Source of the DNA: Octopus sinensis
Taxonomy: Eukaryota
DNA length: 64,000 nt
Direction: 5' to 3'
Assembly (NCBI RefSeq): GCF_006345805.1
Contig: NC_042999.1
Span: forward strand, 161,386,001-161,450,000
Position 1 is the stretch's first letter. The number at the start of each line of letters is the position of its first letter. Shown in pieces: positions 27,126 to 42,320 of the stretch. The translations under genes and the position numbers were made by a program. A model generated the notes under the pieces. The model saw only the letters and a list, made by a program, of their open reading frames with translations. It was not told the origin of the DNA and searched no databases.

Positions 27126-27519
27126 TCTCTATATATATAAAGCTGAAGTTGTCTGTGTATGGCAGGTTTGGTAGCCTTCAACTAACACTATCTCCTCCGA
27201 GACCCTTCGGCACAAGTTGACCAAAATTGAGAGTATGATAGAAGTAGGCTTGCTCTTCCTATTGTAGAAGAAAAAGTTCAAATCGGACCATGTTAACACC
27301 AAAAATCATTTACATCAAAAAGGTGCTTTTTTTTCTATGAAAATCCCTATTTTTTTACGATTTTTTGACTGCTGTGTCGCCATTTTTCGGTGTATTTCAA
27401 CCAGGAAAATGTTCACTTAAAGAGAATAACAAGCTACATAATGCTAAATTTTTACTTATCAAAAATTCCAATTCTAAAGGGTCAAAACAAACCCGAGCAA
27501 TGCCGGGCAATACTGCTAG
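27126..27519 (+). mobile_element. Non-autonomous Helitron-type element, body type 2
   Basis: A|TC start, 3' hairpin cccgagcaatgccggg then tactgCTAG|T. Reverse homolog at 41292-41669. Confidence 0.8.
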
Positions 27520-28039
27520 TTCTTACTACAAGACATCACTACCAACACGCAACAATCGACAAGAAAATTTAGCACTTTTATTCATCTCTTCTATCATTTC
27601 GTTGTATTCTGTTATCAATTAACATTGTTGGGTATTGTCTAGTAAATAGTATTTGTCTTAGTTCTTGGAATCTTTTATTTCGAGTTTCAAAATTCAGAAT
27701 GACAGAGCTCATCCTTCGTGCTTGATTAAACTGTATTTGTTTTGGTAAGATTTGGGTGGTAAGAAGTAAAGATTAAGTATTGCTTAAAGTTTATTGGTTT
27801 GTAGTGAAACTGCGAAGAACTCTGATACAGAAGCTGCTACTACTTATCCTAAATAATTGAAGAAAATGATTGCTGGAGAGTACGTTTACAGTGTTGAGGA
27901 TTCTGCAATTTTCTAGAACTGCATACCTGCTATATTTTTATATTTCGAGAAGAAAAATCAACACCAGGATTTAAAGCTTCGAAAAGTCGTCCGACACTTC
28001 TTTAAGGAAGAAATGTCACTGATGGTATGAAATTAAGCC

Positions 28040-28780
28040 CCTACACATGTATCAACTTTGAAAATTCAAGGGCCTTCAAGGGTTACACAAAGTTTAATCT
28101 ACCTCTGATTCGGCGTTCAAATGAGAAGGCATGAATGACTAAGATCCTTTTGTCTTACCGTAGTGCCAGGCACAATATTTCCAACAAAGCATTGCTTCTT
28201 TCAGACAATGCACGAGAAAACTAGGCTGCTCTTTTTGATAATATGAGAGAATATATCCCCAAGAAAACAACTTCTTTACTTCAACCAATGGATCAAGGCG
28301 TGATAGGTAACTTCAAGGCATATCATATGAGAATAACTTTCAAACAACCTATAAAACCTATTCACAAGGAGGATAAACGTACAATTAGAGATTTCTGGAA
28401 GTAATTCAACATAATGAGTGTTGGGAATAATATAGCATGGGATGCATTGAAACCTTCAATATTGTATAATTCTTGAAAAGTATTTGACCTGACTGTATCC
28501 GTGACATTACAAGTTTTCTTCAAACAGAAAGTCTACATCAAATTCGGATAGGCATAGTAATACTTGCAAAGGATGTAGGATTTGAAGAAGTCAGAGAATG
28601 ATGTGTGTGAGTTGCTCGAGTACCAGAGAGAAGGTTCATCTAACGAGGAGCTGATGCTGTGAGAAAAAGAACAAGCTGAGAATACAGATGAAACAATGTA
28701 ATTTCCACCTACATCACTAAAATTGGAAACAAGATTATTGCCTTCAAGCTGATGTTGGTGATAATGAAATATAAGATAGC
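28040..28780 (+). mobile_element. Degraded pogo/Tigger (DDE_1, CENP-B-like) transposase fragment
   Basis: Translatable motifs PRAFKG, RSNEKA*MT, KALLLSDNA, PKKTTSLLQPMDQGVIGNFKAYH, IRDFWK, IAWDAL. Confidence 0.75.
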
Positions 28781-30983
28781 AAATCCTCAACCTCCTAGGA
28801 AAGCTCACTCCACCCCCACCCCATACCCAGTCAGCAACATATTTTGTGGTAAGAATGTTTTCTTATGATACTACGATTCTTATTAAATATTTCTCTGTTT
28901 TTATATATCTATATTCTATATTTATAGAATGTTCTTTTCATGTATAAAGCTGATCGTGTTGCTTGTTCTCTGTTGTTTTTTTGTGCTTCTTTTTTTTTCG
29001 AAAATGTCCGTAGGGAGGCAATATTACTTTGATAACATGAAAATCAATAGGAAAATTAATTTCCTATTCTAAAATTTCACATCACGGCTAGATTTTCAGG
29101 GACGCATTACTTCTGTAAAGCGAAGGATTCCTGTCCTTTCATTTTGGAAGGTTCCACCATTTTATCTAAATGGATTATTTCCCTTAAGTACATAGTTCTA
29201 AATAGAGAGATAAAGACTAACCAGATATATTCTGATGGTTAAAACAAAACAAAATATCGCTTTATTTTAACTTCTTTAGCTAAATATTTAAGGAATTTTC
29301 TTCAAAGTTCCGTACAAGTCCCAACTAATTATTGGGATCAATTCAATGAACCATTTTTTTTCAGAAATTAGCAACTTTGATCGATTTAAGAAATCATTTT
29401 AAAGAACTACTGTATACAATATTCGAACTTAGTATCTCAACCTACACTCGCTAACATTCCAACAAACATTCCTATATAACTGAAATATTTTCTTAAGTGG
29501 AAACATCTCTACAGACTCGTTTGTTGGAAAGTTTTATTAAATTTGGCATTCGGTTCTCACAAGTTTTACGGCCTTCTAATCGAACTTCGATCGGAGATTA
29601 GGGGTGAGATAAGCAAGCTCATTCGTTTAATTCTGACACAACTGTTATGAACAGTGTATTCCCTATCCCAAACCTCGAGCCACTGGCGCGTTGATGGCGT
29701 TGTAAACTGTGAACAATTTGCTCCCATCATCCGCGTCCGCGCCGATCGTGGCCAATTGCAGATCCAAACTGGCAATGTTACTCTATTTTCCCTCTGTGGA
29801 ATATAACCTACCCCAGAAGAATACAACACAGAAGATACTAATAAACAACACACCGATATACGTGTAAAGACATGCACACAGATATACACAACATACTCGC
29901 GCATACATACATTCACACATGCACTACAATATATATAATCATATATAGATATGAATATGTATACATGCATATAATCATATATAAAACATATGCATATAAT
30001 CATATTTATAAGTACATACACACACACGCATATTCATATATATTAATACATACGCATACACACACATTTATACGCATACAGCCATAACTCTACATACTGA
30101 TATACATATTTCTAACCAGTAGTCAGTGGACACGTAAAGCGATATACACGCTGCAATATACATACATTTACCAGCACACATATTCTTACATACATGTGCA
30201 CACACACACACACACACACACATGCACACACATACATGTATACATACATATATACATACATGCATGCATGCATACATATACCCCGACATGTAGATATACA
30301 ACAGTACAATCGCATGGTAAAATGTTTATGTTGTATTATTTCACTTCTTTTTATTATAACAGGAACATCAACAAAAACAACAAACATAATAAAATAATAA
30401 TAGCTACAATAACAACAACAAAAGCAACAAAATGTCCAACACAACAACAGCAGCAATAACAACAAAATAAACCTGGCAAAATAACAACGCTAAAAAACAA
30501 TAACATTAACAACAACAAAAATATCCAAAACAAACTTTAAAATAAAAGGACAGACAACAATACAAAGTAGCAACAAAAATAATAAAACAATATAACAGTA
30601 ACAAAACTAACGAAAAAAAATAACAGCAGCCATATGAACAAGAAGAACAATGAGAAAAAAAATGAAATGAATGCAGGCCGTGTTTGGAGTAAAAACCCCC
30701 TTAAAACTGAGTTAATGAAGCAGAAGAGAGGTGGATGTGGATTCCCAACAGTAATAGTGGCAAAAATGATATTTATTGGGATGTATTTGTGTGGGTAATG
30801 AAGTGTTGTGAATGTGTGTGTGTGTGTGTGTAAGGTGTTTGTGTGTTTTCTGGTTGCTTCGCTTTACCTTTATGTTTGGTTAATATCTTTCCCATACTCT
30901 CTCTCTCTCTTTTTATGTATATGCGTGCATGATATATATACATACATACATAAATACACACACACACACACACACACACACAC

Positions 30984-31019
<36 letters not shown>

Positions 31020-31568
31020 ATATATATATATATATATAAATATATATATACAAATATATATATATAAATATATATATACAAATATATATATATATACACA
31101 TAATGTATGTATCATATGTATATGTATATATATATATGTATGTTTATATGTGTGTGTATTATATATATATGTATATGTATTTGTACTATATATATATATA
31201 TATATATAATTATATACTGACACATCATCATGTTTATCCCCTTATATGTATGTCAGTTTAAACGCGTTGTTCATCGATATATTTTCACTAAATGGTCGAA
31301 TTTGTAAGTGGTTACGTGTCTACATATGTATGAATATGTATGCTACTCTGTGTATGTGAGTACGCATCAATGTGCGACTGTGTCCCTTCCCAGAGGGATC
31401 CTGATCAAGGCACATAGGTCAAATGACCTATGATGTAAAATAGATGATACATTTATGGCTTCTGTGCAATGGTGGATCGGCCTATGGTAGTTTTTTTTTT
31501 CCAGCCTATTTTCTCTAGGGGTTTCTTTTTGTTTTTCTAATATGTATTATTCTTGTTGCAACTGTTGT

Positions 31569-31601
<33 letters not shown>

Positions 31602-32258
31602 CGACGACGACGACGACGACGGTGATGACAATAATGATGATGATGATGGTTGTGTTAGTGATGTGTTGGTGGTAGCATCGTTGTTGTTTTGAAGAGATTG
31701 CAGGTAGTGATGGTGGTAGACTTCTGAGTGCGGTGATAAGATGGGAGGTCGCTGATTGTGGGGCAGAAACAAGTTGTTTTATTAGAATTGCCCGAATGTG
31801 GGGGTCGATCGGCAGTATCGTTCTGAGCGTTGGACACAATGCGTTGTGGAGTTTCGCGAATTACTTTTAAGTTCTGAGTTCAAGTCCTGCCGCGGGTGAT
31901 GTTACCTTCCTGGGTTAACTAAATAAAGTATCAATTCGAATGCTCCACCCACCCAAATTTCCTGGATTTGTTATCAATATCAGAAATGGCCATTGTTGTT
32001 GATCTTGTTGTTTTTGAAGTTTTAGTGAAGTTGTTGGTGCTGTTGTTGATGCAGATATTGCTCTTGTTAATATTGTTACTTCCACCCTTTTCATGGCTGA
32101 TTAATTCCCTTTTAACATGGGGGTCAAAACTCAATCCATGTCAGTTTCCATTTCATTCATATTGCTGATAATGTTTTTTTTTACTAATTTTGTTATTATT
32201 TTGTTCTTATCGTAACTGTTGATTTTTTTTTTTTTGTACGAGTTGTTGCTTTTTGATA

Positions 32259-32656
32259 TCTTTATATATAAAAGTGAGGTTGTGTGCTGTCTGTCTCCTA
32301 CGATTTAGATTCCTAACTACTCCCACATTTTGCGGTGCAGTTTAACCAAAACCGGGTATCTTATAGTCGTGGCTCATATCGACCCCTTCTGGGTATTAGC
32401 GCGCGTCTACGATGAGTCTACGATTAAAAAAAGAAATTTACCATCATTTTTTCCCATTTTTAATACATTTTTGGCATATATAAGGGAAGTAACTCTCTAA
32501 AAATTTATTATTAAATCTCAGGACATAAAAAGCTACAGTAACACCACCCCCTTTGTGGTTAGCCATATTGAGATGGCTATTATACTTTACATCTCTAAAA
32601 ATGCTTATATAGTTATTTCCCTTACAAACCCGAGCAACGCCGGGCGATACTGCTAG
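32259..32656 (+). mobile_element. Non-autonomous Helitron-type element, body type 1 (short form)
   Basis: A|TCtttatatataaaagtgagg...cccgagcaacgccgggcgatactgCTAG|T. Copies at 47051 and 57020. Confidence 0.85.
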
Positions 32657-32968
32657 TTAAGAATGTTTTTGTAGTTGTCAAGCTCGTTTATCCTCATTAT
32701 TGTCGTTGCTGTAGTAGCATGATACTTTTATTAGTGTTTGGGGTATTGTTGTTGTTTTCGATGTAGTAGTATGAAGAAGATGATGATCATGATGATTCAA
32801 CTGCCTTCTGCAGTGCCAGTTTCATTTTTTTTTAGTCATCGATATATTGTAATTCGAGACTATAATTAAAAGACACGTTGAGTACCCATACATTGGTGTT
32901 CCTCACTACTTACAGTATTGTTCTTACTCATGGTACCTATTTTATCCAGAACAACTAAGAGATTGATA

Positions 32969-33860
32969 CAGGATGAGACAGGGAGGACGGACGTTTTTGA
33001 AAAGTTCACAAAATCATTAATTTTAGCAACAAACAAATTTTATTGACATCAATATGTTCGTATTGATTTAGCATTTATCAAAATCAAGTGTGGGAAACAA
33101 CATCCATCATGTGGTGTCCCTTCTCATTGATGCATTTCTCAAGGTGTTCTTGGAAGTTGGCCTCCACTCTCTCCAGCATTGCTCTGTCGATTTGGGCGAC
33201 TTCCACGCGAATAGCTTCCTTCAAATCGTCCAATGTACGGAACTTATGCGCATACACACGTGCCTTGAGGTTTTTCCCCACCAGAAATGATCACACATAA
33301 ACAAATCAGGGGACCAAGGGCCCAGGGAATGTCAGAAAACCTGGAAATGCGGCAGTCATCGAAGAGAGGGCGATGAACGTCCATTCATGCTCTGGCTGTG
33401 TGTGCCGTCCTGCTGAAACCACACACACTAAGTAGGCATACGTTTTCGTCGTAATTCAGGCACAAAGATGTTATCATCTCGATGTAACGCTCGTTGTTCA
33501 CAGTAACAGCATTTCCATTATTGTCTCCAAAAAGTTAGGACCAATGACGGCAGCTTTTCCAACAGCATACCAGATCGTCACTTTTGGGCTGTGCAGTGGT
33601 CTTTCGTGCAGTTCTCTCGGATTTTCAAGAACCCAATTACAACAGTTCTGTTGTTTCACCATACCATTGAGATGAAATGTGCTTCATTTCTCATTAACAA
33701 AATAAGTTTGTCATTTGCCTCAAAGATTGCTTCCATCTGACGTGCAAAGTGAAGCCGCTGTGCATAGTCTCATAGTTTCAACTGTTGCCCAATGACCAAT
33801 TTGTACGGGTGGAAATGCAGGTCTCCATGCAAAATGCGCTTTACCAATCGAATGCCGATC
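32969..33860 (-). mobile_element. Partial Tc1/mariner element, same family as 61001-62317
   Basis: One TIR (TA-caggatgagacagggaggacggacg). Minus strand encodes LKARVYAHKFRTLDDLKEAIR...GHHM. Confidence 0.88.
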
Positions 33861-34169
33861 GATAAATATACTCACACACATACATATGGATGTATGCATG
33901 CATGTAGAGAGAGATTGAGTGAGAAAGAGTAAGATATTTTTTTAATGAATGATTGGTGCTAATTTAGTACCAACGGTTCTAGGTTGAATCTGTATGCGCA
34001 CCGCCTAAGACATATGGCTGTTATGTCAGTGTTACCGAATCTGCTGTTGAATGTTTACTAACAATCAGCATTGAGCCACTAATACCGTATTAACATCAAT
34101 CATTCTATTAAAAGAAACTATTCATTCACATATGCAGTGTTGATTACGTCCCGGCAGTTATTTTGTGAC

Positions 34170-34289
<120 letters not shown>

Positions 34290-34327
34290 GCTTAAACACA
34301 CAACAAAGTTTTTGGTAGAATGTTGAT

Positions 34328-34490
34328 AGTGGCTGTGTGGTAAGTAGCTTGCTAACCAACCACATGGTTCCGGGTTCAGTCCCACTGCGTGGCATCTTGG
34401 GCAAGTGTCTTCTGCTATAGCCCCGGGCCGACCAATGCCTTGTGAGTGGATTTGGTAGACGGAAACTGAAAGAAGCCCGTCGTATATATC

Positions 34491-34559
<69 letters not shown>

Positions 34560-34770
34560 TTGTGTGTCTGTGTTTGTCCCCCTAGCATTGCTTGACAACC
34601 GATGCTGGTGTGTTTACGTCCCCGTCACTTAGCGGTTCGGCAAAAGAGACCGATAGAATAAGTACTGGGCTTACAAATAATAAGTCCCGGGGTCGATTTG
34701 CTCGACTAAAGGCGGTGCTCCAGCATGGCCGCAGTCAAATGACTGAAGCAAGTACATGAGTAAAGAGTAT
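34328..34770 (+). mobile_element. SINE family A, full length
   Basis: A box tggctgtgtgg, B box ggttcagtccc, internal (TA)n(TG)n. Confidence 0.92.
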
Positions 34771-35178
34771 AGTCGCCTTTAATACAATATTACTGCCTAT
34801 TTTATTTCTGTCTTACCCACATCCGTTATGTGCTGTACCGTACATTAGTCCATCTTGGAACAGTTTTAGTAGTATGCAAGTTTCCGGTCGGAAAAGATTA
34901 CGGGACCCTTGCAAATCTTTTATTTCTCCGCGGCGCAGCATAACCCAATGAGAGTGAAACACAAAAGACTCGATTGCAGTAAAGGATGAGTATTTTAATT
35001 ATCGATTCCAGGAGGACGAAAGGCAAAACTGAATTGAGCGGTCTTGAACTTAGAGCACAGAAAAAAATACCACAAGTCAATCCATCGAGTTCGGTCAATT
35101 CGCGAGCAATTATTTCTTAAATTCTTCCAGGAATAAGACAGTTAAAAACGACATTAATGGGATTTTATTGCTAAACAG

Positions 35179-35574
35179 GAATAACATTAACAATCGCCGT
35201 CTTCATGGCCCCCGAGACTGGTGGGGAAAAGGTTAAACCAGAAGCCTGGCCCGATTACTTGAAACAGAGTTAACTCCACTAAAGATACTTTAGAACAAGG
35301 TGATAGTGTTAAACTGGGCAACGGATTGGGCCTTCCCTCAAGTAAGCCACAACAAAATTTGAAAACAGCGCAAGAAGGCGGCATAAATACTGCAAGAAAC
35401 CCCTTCCGGTTTTTTAACACCTCTACCAATTCTTCGCCTAATTTAAACGTTGTGAGGCTTGCCATCACTAATACCGAAAACAAGGGTCGACATTTAAATC
35501 ATATAAAGCATTCGATGGTAAAAAAAAAGACAAATGGGAAAAAGTCTATATTCACGGCAATCTCCATTGTCCTC
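35179..35574 (+). other. Candidate host exon (needs one frameshift)
   Basis: Non-repetitive. Acceptor ttttattgctaaacAG at 35177-35178, donor ctc|GTAAGT at 35575, length 396 nt. No recognised protein family. Confidence 0.25.
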
Positions 35575-35661
35575 GTAAGTGAGAAAACAATTAACATTAT
35601 TTTACTCTGTTAGATTTGATCCAGCTAAATTATGTTTTCGACTTTTTGTAGCTATACTTTC

Positions 35662-35708
<47 letters not shown>

Positions 35709-36194
35709 TATTTCGTTCTCAGATTCATGTTTTGAGAGGGTTGTTGTTGTGGTGGTTGAGGTGATGATAAGATTATTGTTTGCCTCTTGTTGTTGTTGCT
35801 GCTGCTGCTGCTCTACTGTTACCGGTGTCTTTCCTATTTCACAACCACACGCAATTATCAACACTGGTTTCTATTATTTCCTATTGTTAGTTTTGTTGCT
35901 TCTCGCGTTCGTTTTTTTTCTTCTTTTTTTTCAAAGGTTCTACTTTACACCATTTTGAAATTACTTATTTCACGTATTTCTTTGCTCTGCATACATATAT
36001 ACAAATGATACATATGTGTTTTATATTTTTTTTTATTTATACGTGTGCGTCTTTAAAAATCTGTATGTGTATATATACGTGCACACACACGCATATACGT
36101 ATGCATACATGCATACATACATATATACACGCATATATATATATATATTCACGAATGCATACATGCATACATACATATATACATGCATATATAT

Positions 36195-36226
<32 letters not shown>

Positions 36227-36384
36227 GTATGTATTCATACTATATCTCATTCTCTCTCTTTTACCTTCCTTCCCCTTCTCATACACACACAAACACACAT
36301 ATAGGTGTCTACCTAATACACCCTGATTGTTGGTTTGTTGTTTTTTCACCACGTCTTTGAGTTTTGTTTATTTTGGGAATATAT

Positions 36385-36990
36385 ATGTATGTATGTATGT
36401 ATGTATGTGAATATGTGTGTATGTATGTATGCATGTATGTATGTATGTATGTGAATATGTGTGTATGTATGTATGTACGTATGTATGTATGTATGTGTGT
36501 ATGTATGTATGTATGTATGTATGTATGTATGTATGTATGTGAATATGTGTGTATGTATGTATGTACGTATGTATGTATGTATGTATGTGAATATGTGTGT
36601 ATGTATGTATGTATGTACGTATGTACGTATGTATATATGTATGTATGTATGTATGTATGCATGTGAATATGTGTGTATGTATGTATGTACGTATGTACGT
36701 ATGTATATATGTATGTATGTATGCATGTGAATATGTGTGTATGTATGTATGTACGTATGTATGTATGTATGTGAATATGTATGTATGTATGTATGTACGT
36801 ATGTACGTATGTACGTATGTATATATGTATGTATGTATGTGAATATGTGTGTATGTATGTACGTATGTATGTATGTATGTATGTATGTATGTATGTATGC
36901 ATGTATGTATGTATGTATGTATGTATGTATGTATGTATGTATGAATGTATGTATGTATGTGTGTGAGTGCGTGAGTGCGTGTCTGTATGT
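36385..36990. repeat. (TATG)n array with variant units
   Basis: tatg core with recurring gtgaatatgtgt and gtacgt variants. Confidence 0.95.
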
Positions 36991-37247
36991 ATGTACACAA
37001 GTATACAAACAAGAGTAAAACTGTACTCAATACATATTGTTTATTTCTTTATTTAAAGCTAACAGCTCCTATTGTGTGTGTGCATGTTTTGTTTGTGTGT
37101 GTGTGTGTGTGTCTGTGTGTGTGTGTGTTTGTGTGTGCATTAGCGTGCATGTGCGTGCACACACAAATATCTGTTGGCCGCAAATAAGACAGAAACGTAT
37201 GTTTGCTTGAATGTGTACTTCTTGAGTATATATATATGTATATATAT

Positions 37248-37317
<70 letters not shown>

Positions 37318-37364
37318 GTTATATATATATATATATGTATATATATTATATACATATATATATA

Positions 37365-37408
<44 letters not shown>

Positions 37409-38247
37409 CTATATATATTTGTCCGTTCATATATCAGTGCTTCTTCGTACGCTTTTGTGCTGTTTTTATTTTTTTCATCTCCAATGATTTAAATATCGTT
37501 TTTTTGTCTTTTTTTTTCATTATTTCATATTCCCATGATTCCCTTTCCTTCACTTCCTTTTTCTATTAGTTCTTTTTTTGGTTTGTTTCTTACCCTTATT
37601 TCCTTCTCCATTTCTACCGCCATTCCATTTCTAAATCTAACTCCTACAAGTAATAGAGTCTGGGTGCCTGCATCTGTAGTGAGTGTGAATCTGTCACACA
37701 ATAGGTGTCATGTGTGAAAGTCAATTGCTAACAACTGAATTGCATTTTAGCACGGTGTGCGAAAAGAAACGTCTTAATAAATACTGTTCACCGCATCGCC
37801 ATTTCCACAAAACCACCTCACAATTCACTTAAACCATTCCTTCTTCAAGTTCCTTATGGTTCATCTTAACTATCACCTTAATCTTCATCTTTTCTCTGTA
37901 GCTCTCTTCCCGTCTCTACCAATCTGTTTCTGTCATTTTTACTGATTTTCTCGTTTTCTGTAAATCCTCTTTTGGTTATTACACAAGTGAGACGACGGTG
38001 GCCTGGCAGAATCACACGCGATTTTTAATTACTATATTCCGAGTTCGAATCCCGCAGAAAGCAACATTCATCCTTTCAGGTTTATTAAAATAAAGTATCT
38101 GCATCGTCTTAAATCGCCAGTATACGTCCACTGGTCTTGTATCGATTTTAGAAATCAATATCAGAGCAGCGGGTAAACTGTTTCGTCGTATTTAGTTATG
38201 TCCCTTTAGATTCTCGAGTGTCGAGATTACATTTCGCCCTTCTGGAA

Positions 38248-39604
38248 TTACATACACACATACATACATACATACATACATACATACATACATACACACA
38301 TACATACATACATACATACATACATACACACATACATACATACATACATACATACATACATTCATACATACATACATACACATATACATACATACATACA
38401 TACACACATACATACATACATGCATACATACATACATACATACATACATGCATACATACACCCATACATACTACATACATACATACATACATACATGCAT
38501 AGATACCACATACAACATACATACATACATACATACCACATACATACATACATGCATACATACACCATACAAACATACATACATACATACATACACACAT
38601 ACATACATACATACATGCATACATACATACATACATCATACATACACACATACAACATACATACATAACATACATACATGCATACATACACACATACACA
38701 TACATACATACATACATACACATACATACATACATGCATATATACATACATACATACATACATACACACACACATACATACATACATACATACATACACA
38801 CACATACATACATACATACATACATACATACATACACACATACATACATACATGCATACATACACACATACATACATACATACATACACACATACATACA
38901 TACATGCATATATACATACATACATACATACATACACACATACATACATACATACATACATACACACATACATACATACATACATACATACATACATACA
39001 TACATACATACATACATACATACATACATGCATGCATGCATGCATACATACATACATCATACATACATACATACACACACACATACATACATACATACAA
39101 ACTACATACACACACACATACATACATACATACATACATACATACAACACACACACATACATACATACATACATACATACACACACATACATCATACTAC
39201 ATCATCATACACACATACTACATACGTGCATACATACACACATACATACATCATACATACATACATACATACATACACTCATACATCATACATACACACA
39301 TACATGCATACATACCACATACATACATACATACATACATACATACATACAGCACATACATACTACATACTACATTCACACTACATACATACATTCACAT
39401 ACATACATACATACACACATACATACATACATACATACATACATACATGCATACATACACACATACATACATACATAATACACACATACATCATACATAC
39501 ATACATACATACATACAAGCATACATACATACACACATACATGCATACATACATACATACTACATACATACACATACATACATACATACATACACACATA
39601 CATA

Positions 39605-39636
<32 letters not shown>

Positions 39637-39935
39637 GTACATACCTCATGCACCATACATACATACATACATGCATACATACACACTACATACATACAAT
39701 ACATACATACATACATACATATATACACACATACATATATATATACACACATACATACATATATACACACATACATACATACATACATACATACATACAC
39801 ACATACATACATACATACATACACACATACATACATACATACATACATACATACATACATACATACGTACATACATACATGCACACATACATACATACAT
39901 ACATACATACATGCATACATACATACATACATGCA

Positions 39936-39969
<34 letters not shown>

Positions 39970-40123
39970 CATACGTACGTAATACATACAACATACATAC
40001 ATACATACATACCTACATACATACATAATACATACGTACGTACGTACGTACTACATCCTACATACATACATACGTACATACATACATACATACATACATA
40101 CATACATACATACTACCTACAAC
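38248..40123. repeat. ~1.9 kb degenerate (TACA)n array
   Basis: Source of the longest artefactual HT/MYVC ORFs (e.g. 526 aa). Confidence 0.97.
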
Positions 40124-40364
40124 ATATGGGATAATTAGAGTATACTTTCTGCATGTTTGAAGTGAATTGATGAAGTCTATACTTAATACGGGTGGATCTG
40201 TTGATATGAATACGCTCAGTTAATGCGAGATAGCGCATCGGCCGCTGAGTATATATATATATATATTATATATATATATTATATATATATATATTATATA
40301 TTTAATATAACATATTATATATAATATATATAATATATATTTATACTATATTTTTCTTTTATTT

Positions 40365-40645
40365 TTATTTGTTTCAGTCATTGGAGTACTACCTTCAGAA
40401 CAGATCGACCCCAGGACTTATTCTTTGTAAGCCTAGTACTTATTCTATCGGTCCTTTTGCCGAACCGCTAAGTCGGGGGACGTAAACAGATCAACATCGG
40501 TTGCCAAGCAATGGTAGTGGGGACAAATACTAGACACAACAAACACACACACACACACACACACATATATCATATATATATATCTATATATAGATATATA
40601 CGACGGGCTTCTTTCAGTTTCCATCAACCAAATCCACTCACAAGG
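40365..40645 (-). mobile_element. SINE family A, partial
   Basis: gatcgaccccaggacttattctttgtaagcc...ctttcagtttccatcaaccaaatccactcacaagg. Confidence 0.8.
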
Positions 40646-40647
40646 TT

Positions 40648-40830
40648 GAAATTACCGAAATACGACAACTTTAACACGAAATAACTTTGAAAATACAAAC
40701 TTTTCTCAACAACACTAAAAATAAAAGATGTTTTATATGACACATTCTACCAGTGTCCGAAGGTTGAAAGCGTTTAGTAACAAAAAATTAATTTCTCGAT
40801 CTGCCGTTCAAAGGGATCCCCGTTCAAAGG
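40648..40830. repeat. Unclassified dispersed repeat, inverted homolog at 43570-43745
   Basis: aattaccgaaatacga...aaaagatgttttatatgacacattctaccagtgtccgaag is the reverse complement of cttcgaacactggtagaatgtgtcatataaaacatctttt...cgtatttcggtaatt. Confidence 0.65.
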
Positions 40831-40924
40831 ATCCCCAGTTGAGCACTATAGTTAATATTATCACTTACTCCCTCCCCGAAATTGCTAGACTTCAACTAAA
40901 ATTTGAAACCAATATTTAATGACT

Positions 40925-41095
40925 AAAAGGCGGCGAGCTGGAAGAATTGCTAACACGCCGGACAAAATGCTTAGTGATATTTCGTTTATCTTTACGTTCT
41001 GAGTTCAAATTTCGTCGGGGTCGATTTTATTTTTTTATGCTTTCGGGGTCGATTAAATAGTACTTAGTAAGCACTGGGGTAATCAATTTACCCCG
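40925..41095 (+). mobile_element. SINE family B
   Basis: aaggcggcgagctgg...gttctgagttcaaattt...tttcggggtcgattaaatagtac. Confidence 0.75.
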
Positions 41096-41291
41096 ACAAT
41101 CGAAATTGCACAAACACACACACACACACACACACACACGCGCGCGCGTACACACACACACACACACACACCACGCACACGCACCACACACACACACACA
41201 TGTACGAAAATGCAGTGTGTTTCGTGTGACGCTGCCATGATCAGACGTGATAATACTGTTAAAGAAGCATCTGCAACAAAAATATTGTTAA

Positions 41292-41669
41292 CTAGCAGTA
41301 TCACCCGGCGTTGCTCGGGTTTGTTTCGACCCTTTTTGAAAAGTGAAAATTTAGCATTATGTAGCTTGTTATTCTCTTTAAGTGAATATTTTTCTGGTTG
41401 AAATACACCAAAAATGACGACACAGCAGTCAAAATATCGTAAAGAATAGGGATTTTCATAGAAAAAAAGCACCTTTTTGATGTAAATAAATTTTGGTGTT
41501 AACACGGTCCGATTTGAATTTTTTCTTCTACGGAAGGAAGAGCAAGCCTTCTTCTATCATACTCTCAATTTTTGTCAACTTGCGCCGCAGGGTCTCGGAG
41601 GAGATAGTGTTAGTTGAAGGCTGCCAAACCTGCCATACACAGACAATTTCAGCTTTATATAGAGAGAGA
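41292..41669 (-). mobile_element. Non-autonomous Helitron-type element, body type 2
   Basis: Reverse complement of 27126-27519, ending ...cccgagcaacgccgggtgatactgCTAG|T. Confidence 0.8.
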
Positions 41670-42014
41670 TAATAATTTAAGAAGTAAAATAAAAACAAGG
41701 CAGAGTTTAAAAAATAACTGAAAAAACGTATTGTAATATATGGAAATTGAATTTATGAATATAATCAGAACAAAATAATAGCAAATATAAATAATCCCTT
41801 TGTCGGTTTCGACGACAAATATTGCAGTTGGCCGATCAGCAGAAGTACGAATTCATTAAATTAGCCAGTAGGTGATCGAGTATTCCACAGACATGTATGC
41901 CTCAAGCAGAATTAGTGTTCCTTTCAATTCCAGTTACAGTCCATCTGAATGAGCTTCCACGCAGTTTTGTCTATTAAGTTTTACTCATTAGTTTCAGGTC
42001 AAACGATGCCTATT

Positions 42015-42264
42015 CAGTTCTATATTTAAGAGGTGAGGAATTATGTACATTATTTACATTATTTACATTCGACGGATATTTGTCCTCATCTCGTTTGTTG
42101 TTAACACAACGTTTCAGCTTATAAACCCTCAAGCCTTCATCAGGTGTCTTGGGGGAATTTTCGAACCTGGGTTCTCTTTCCTACGGTATTTTTCGATGTT
42201 GTTGTTATTATTATTATTATTATTATTATATTATTATTATTATTATTATTATTATTATCATTAC

Positions 42265-42320
<56 letters not shown>

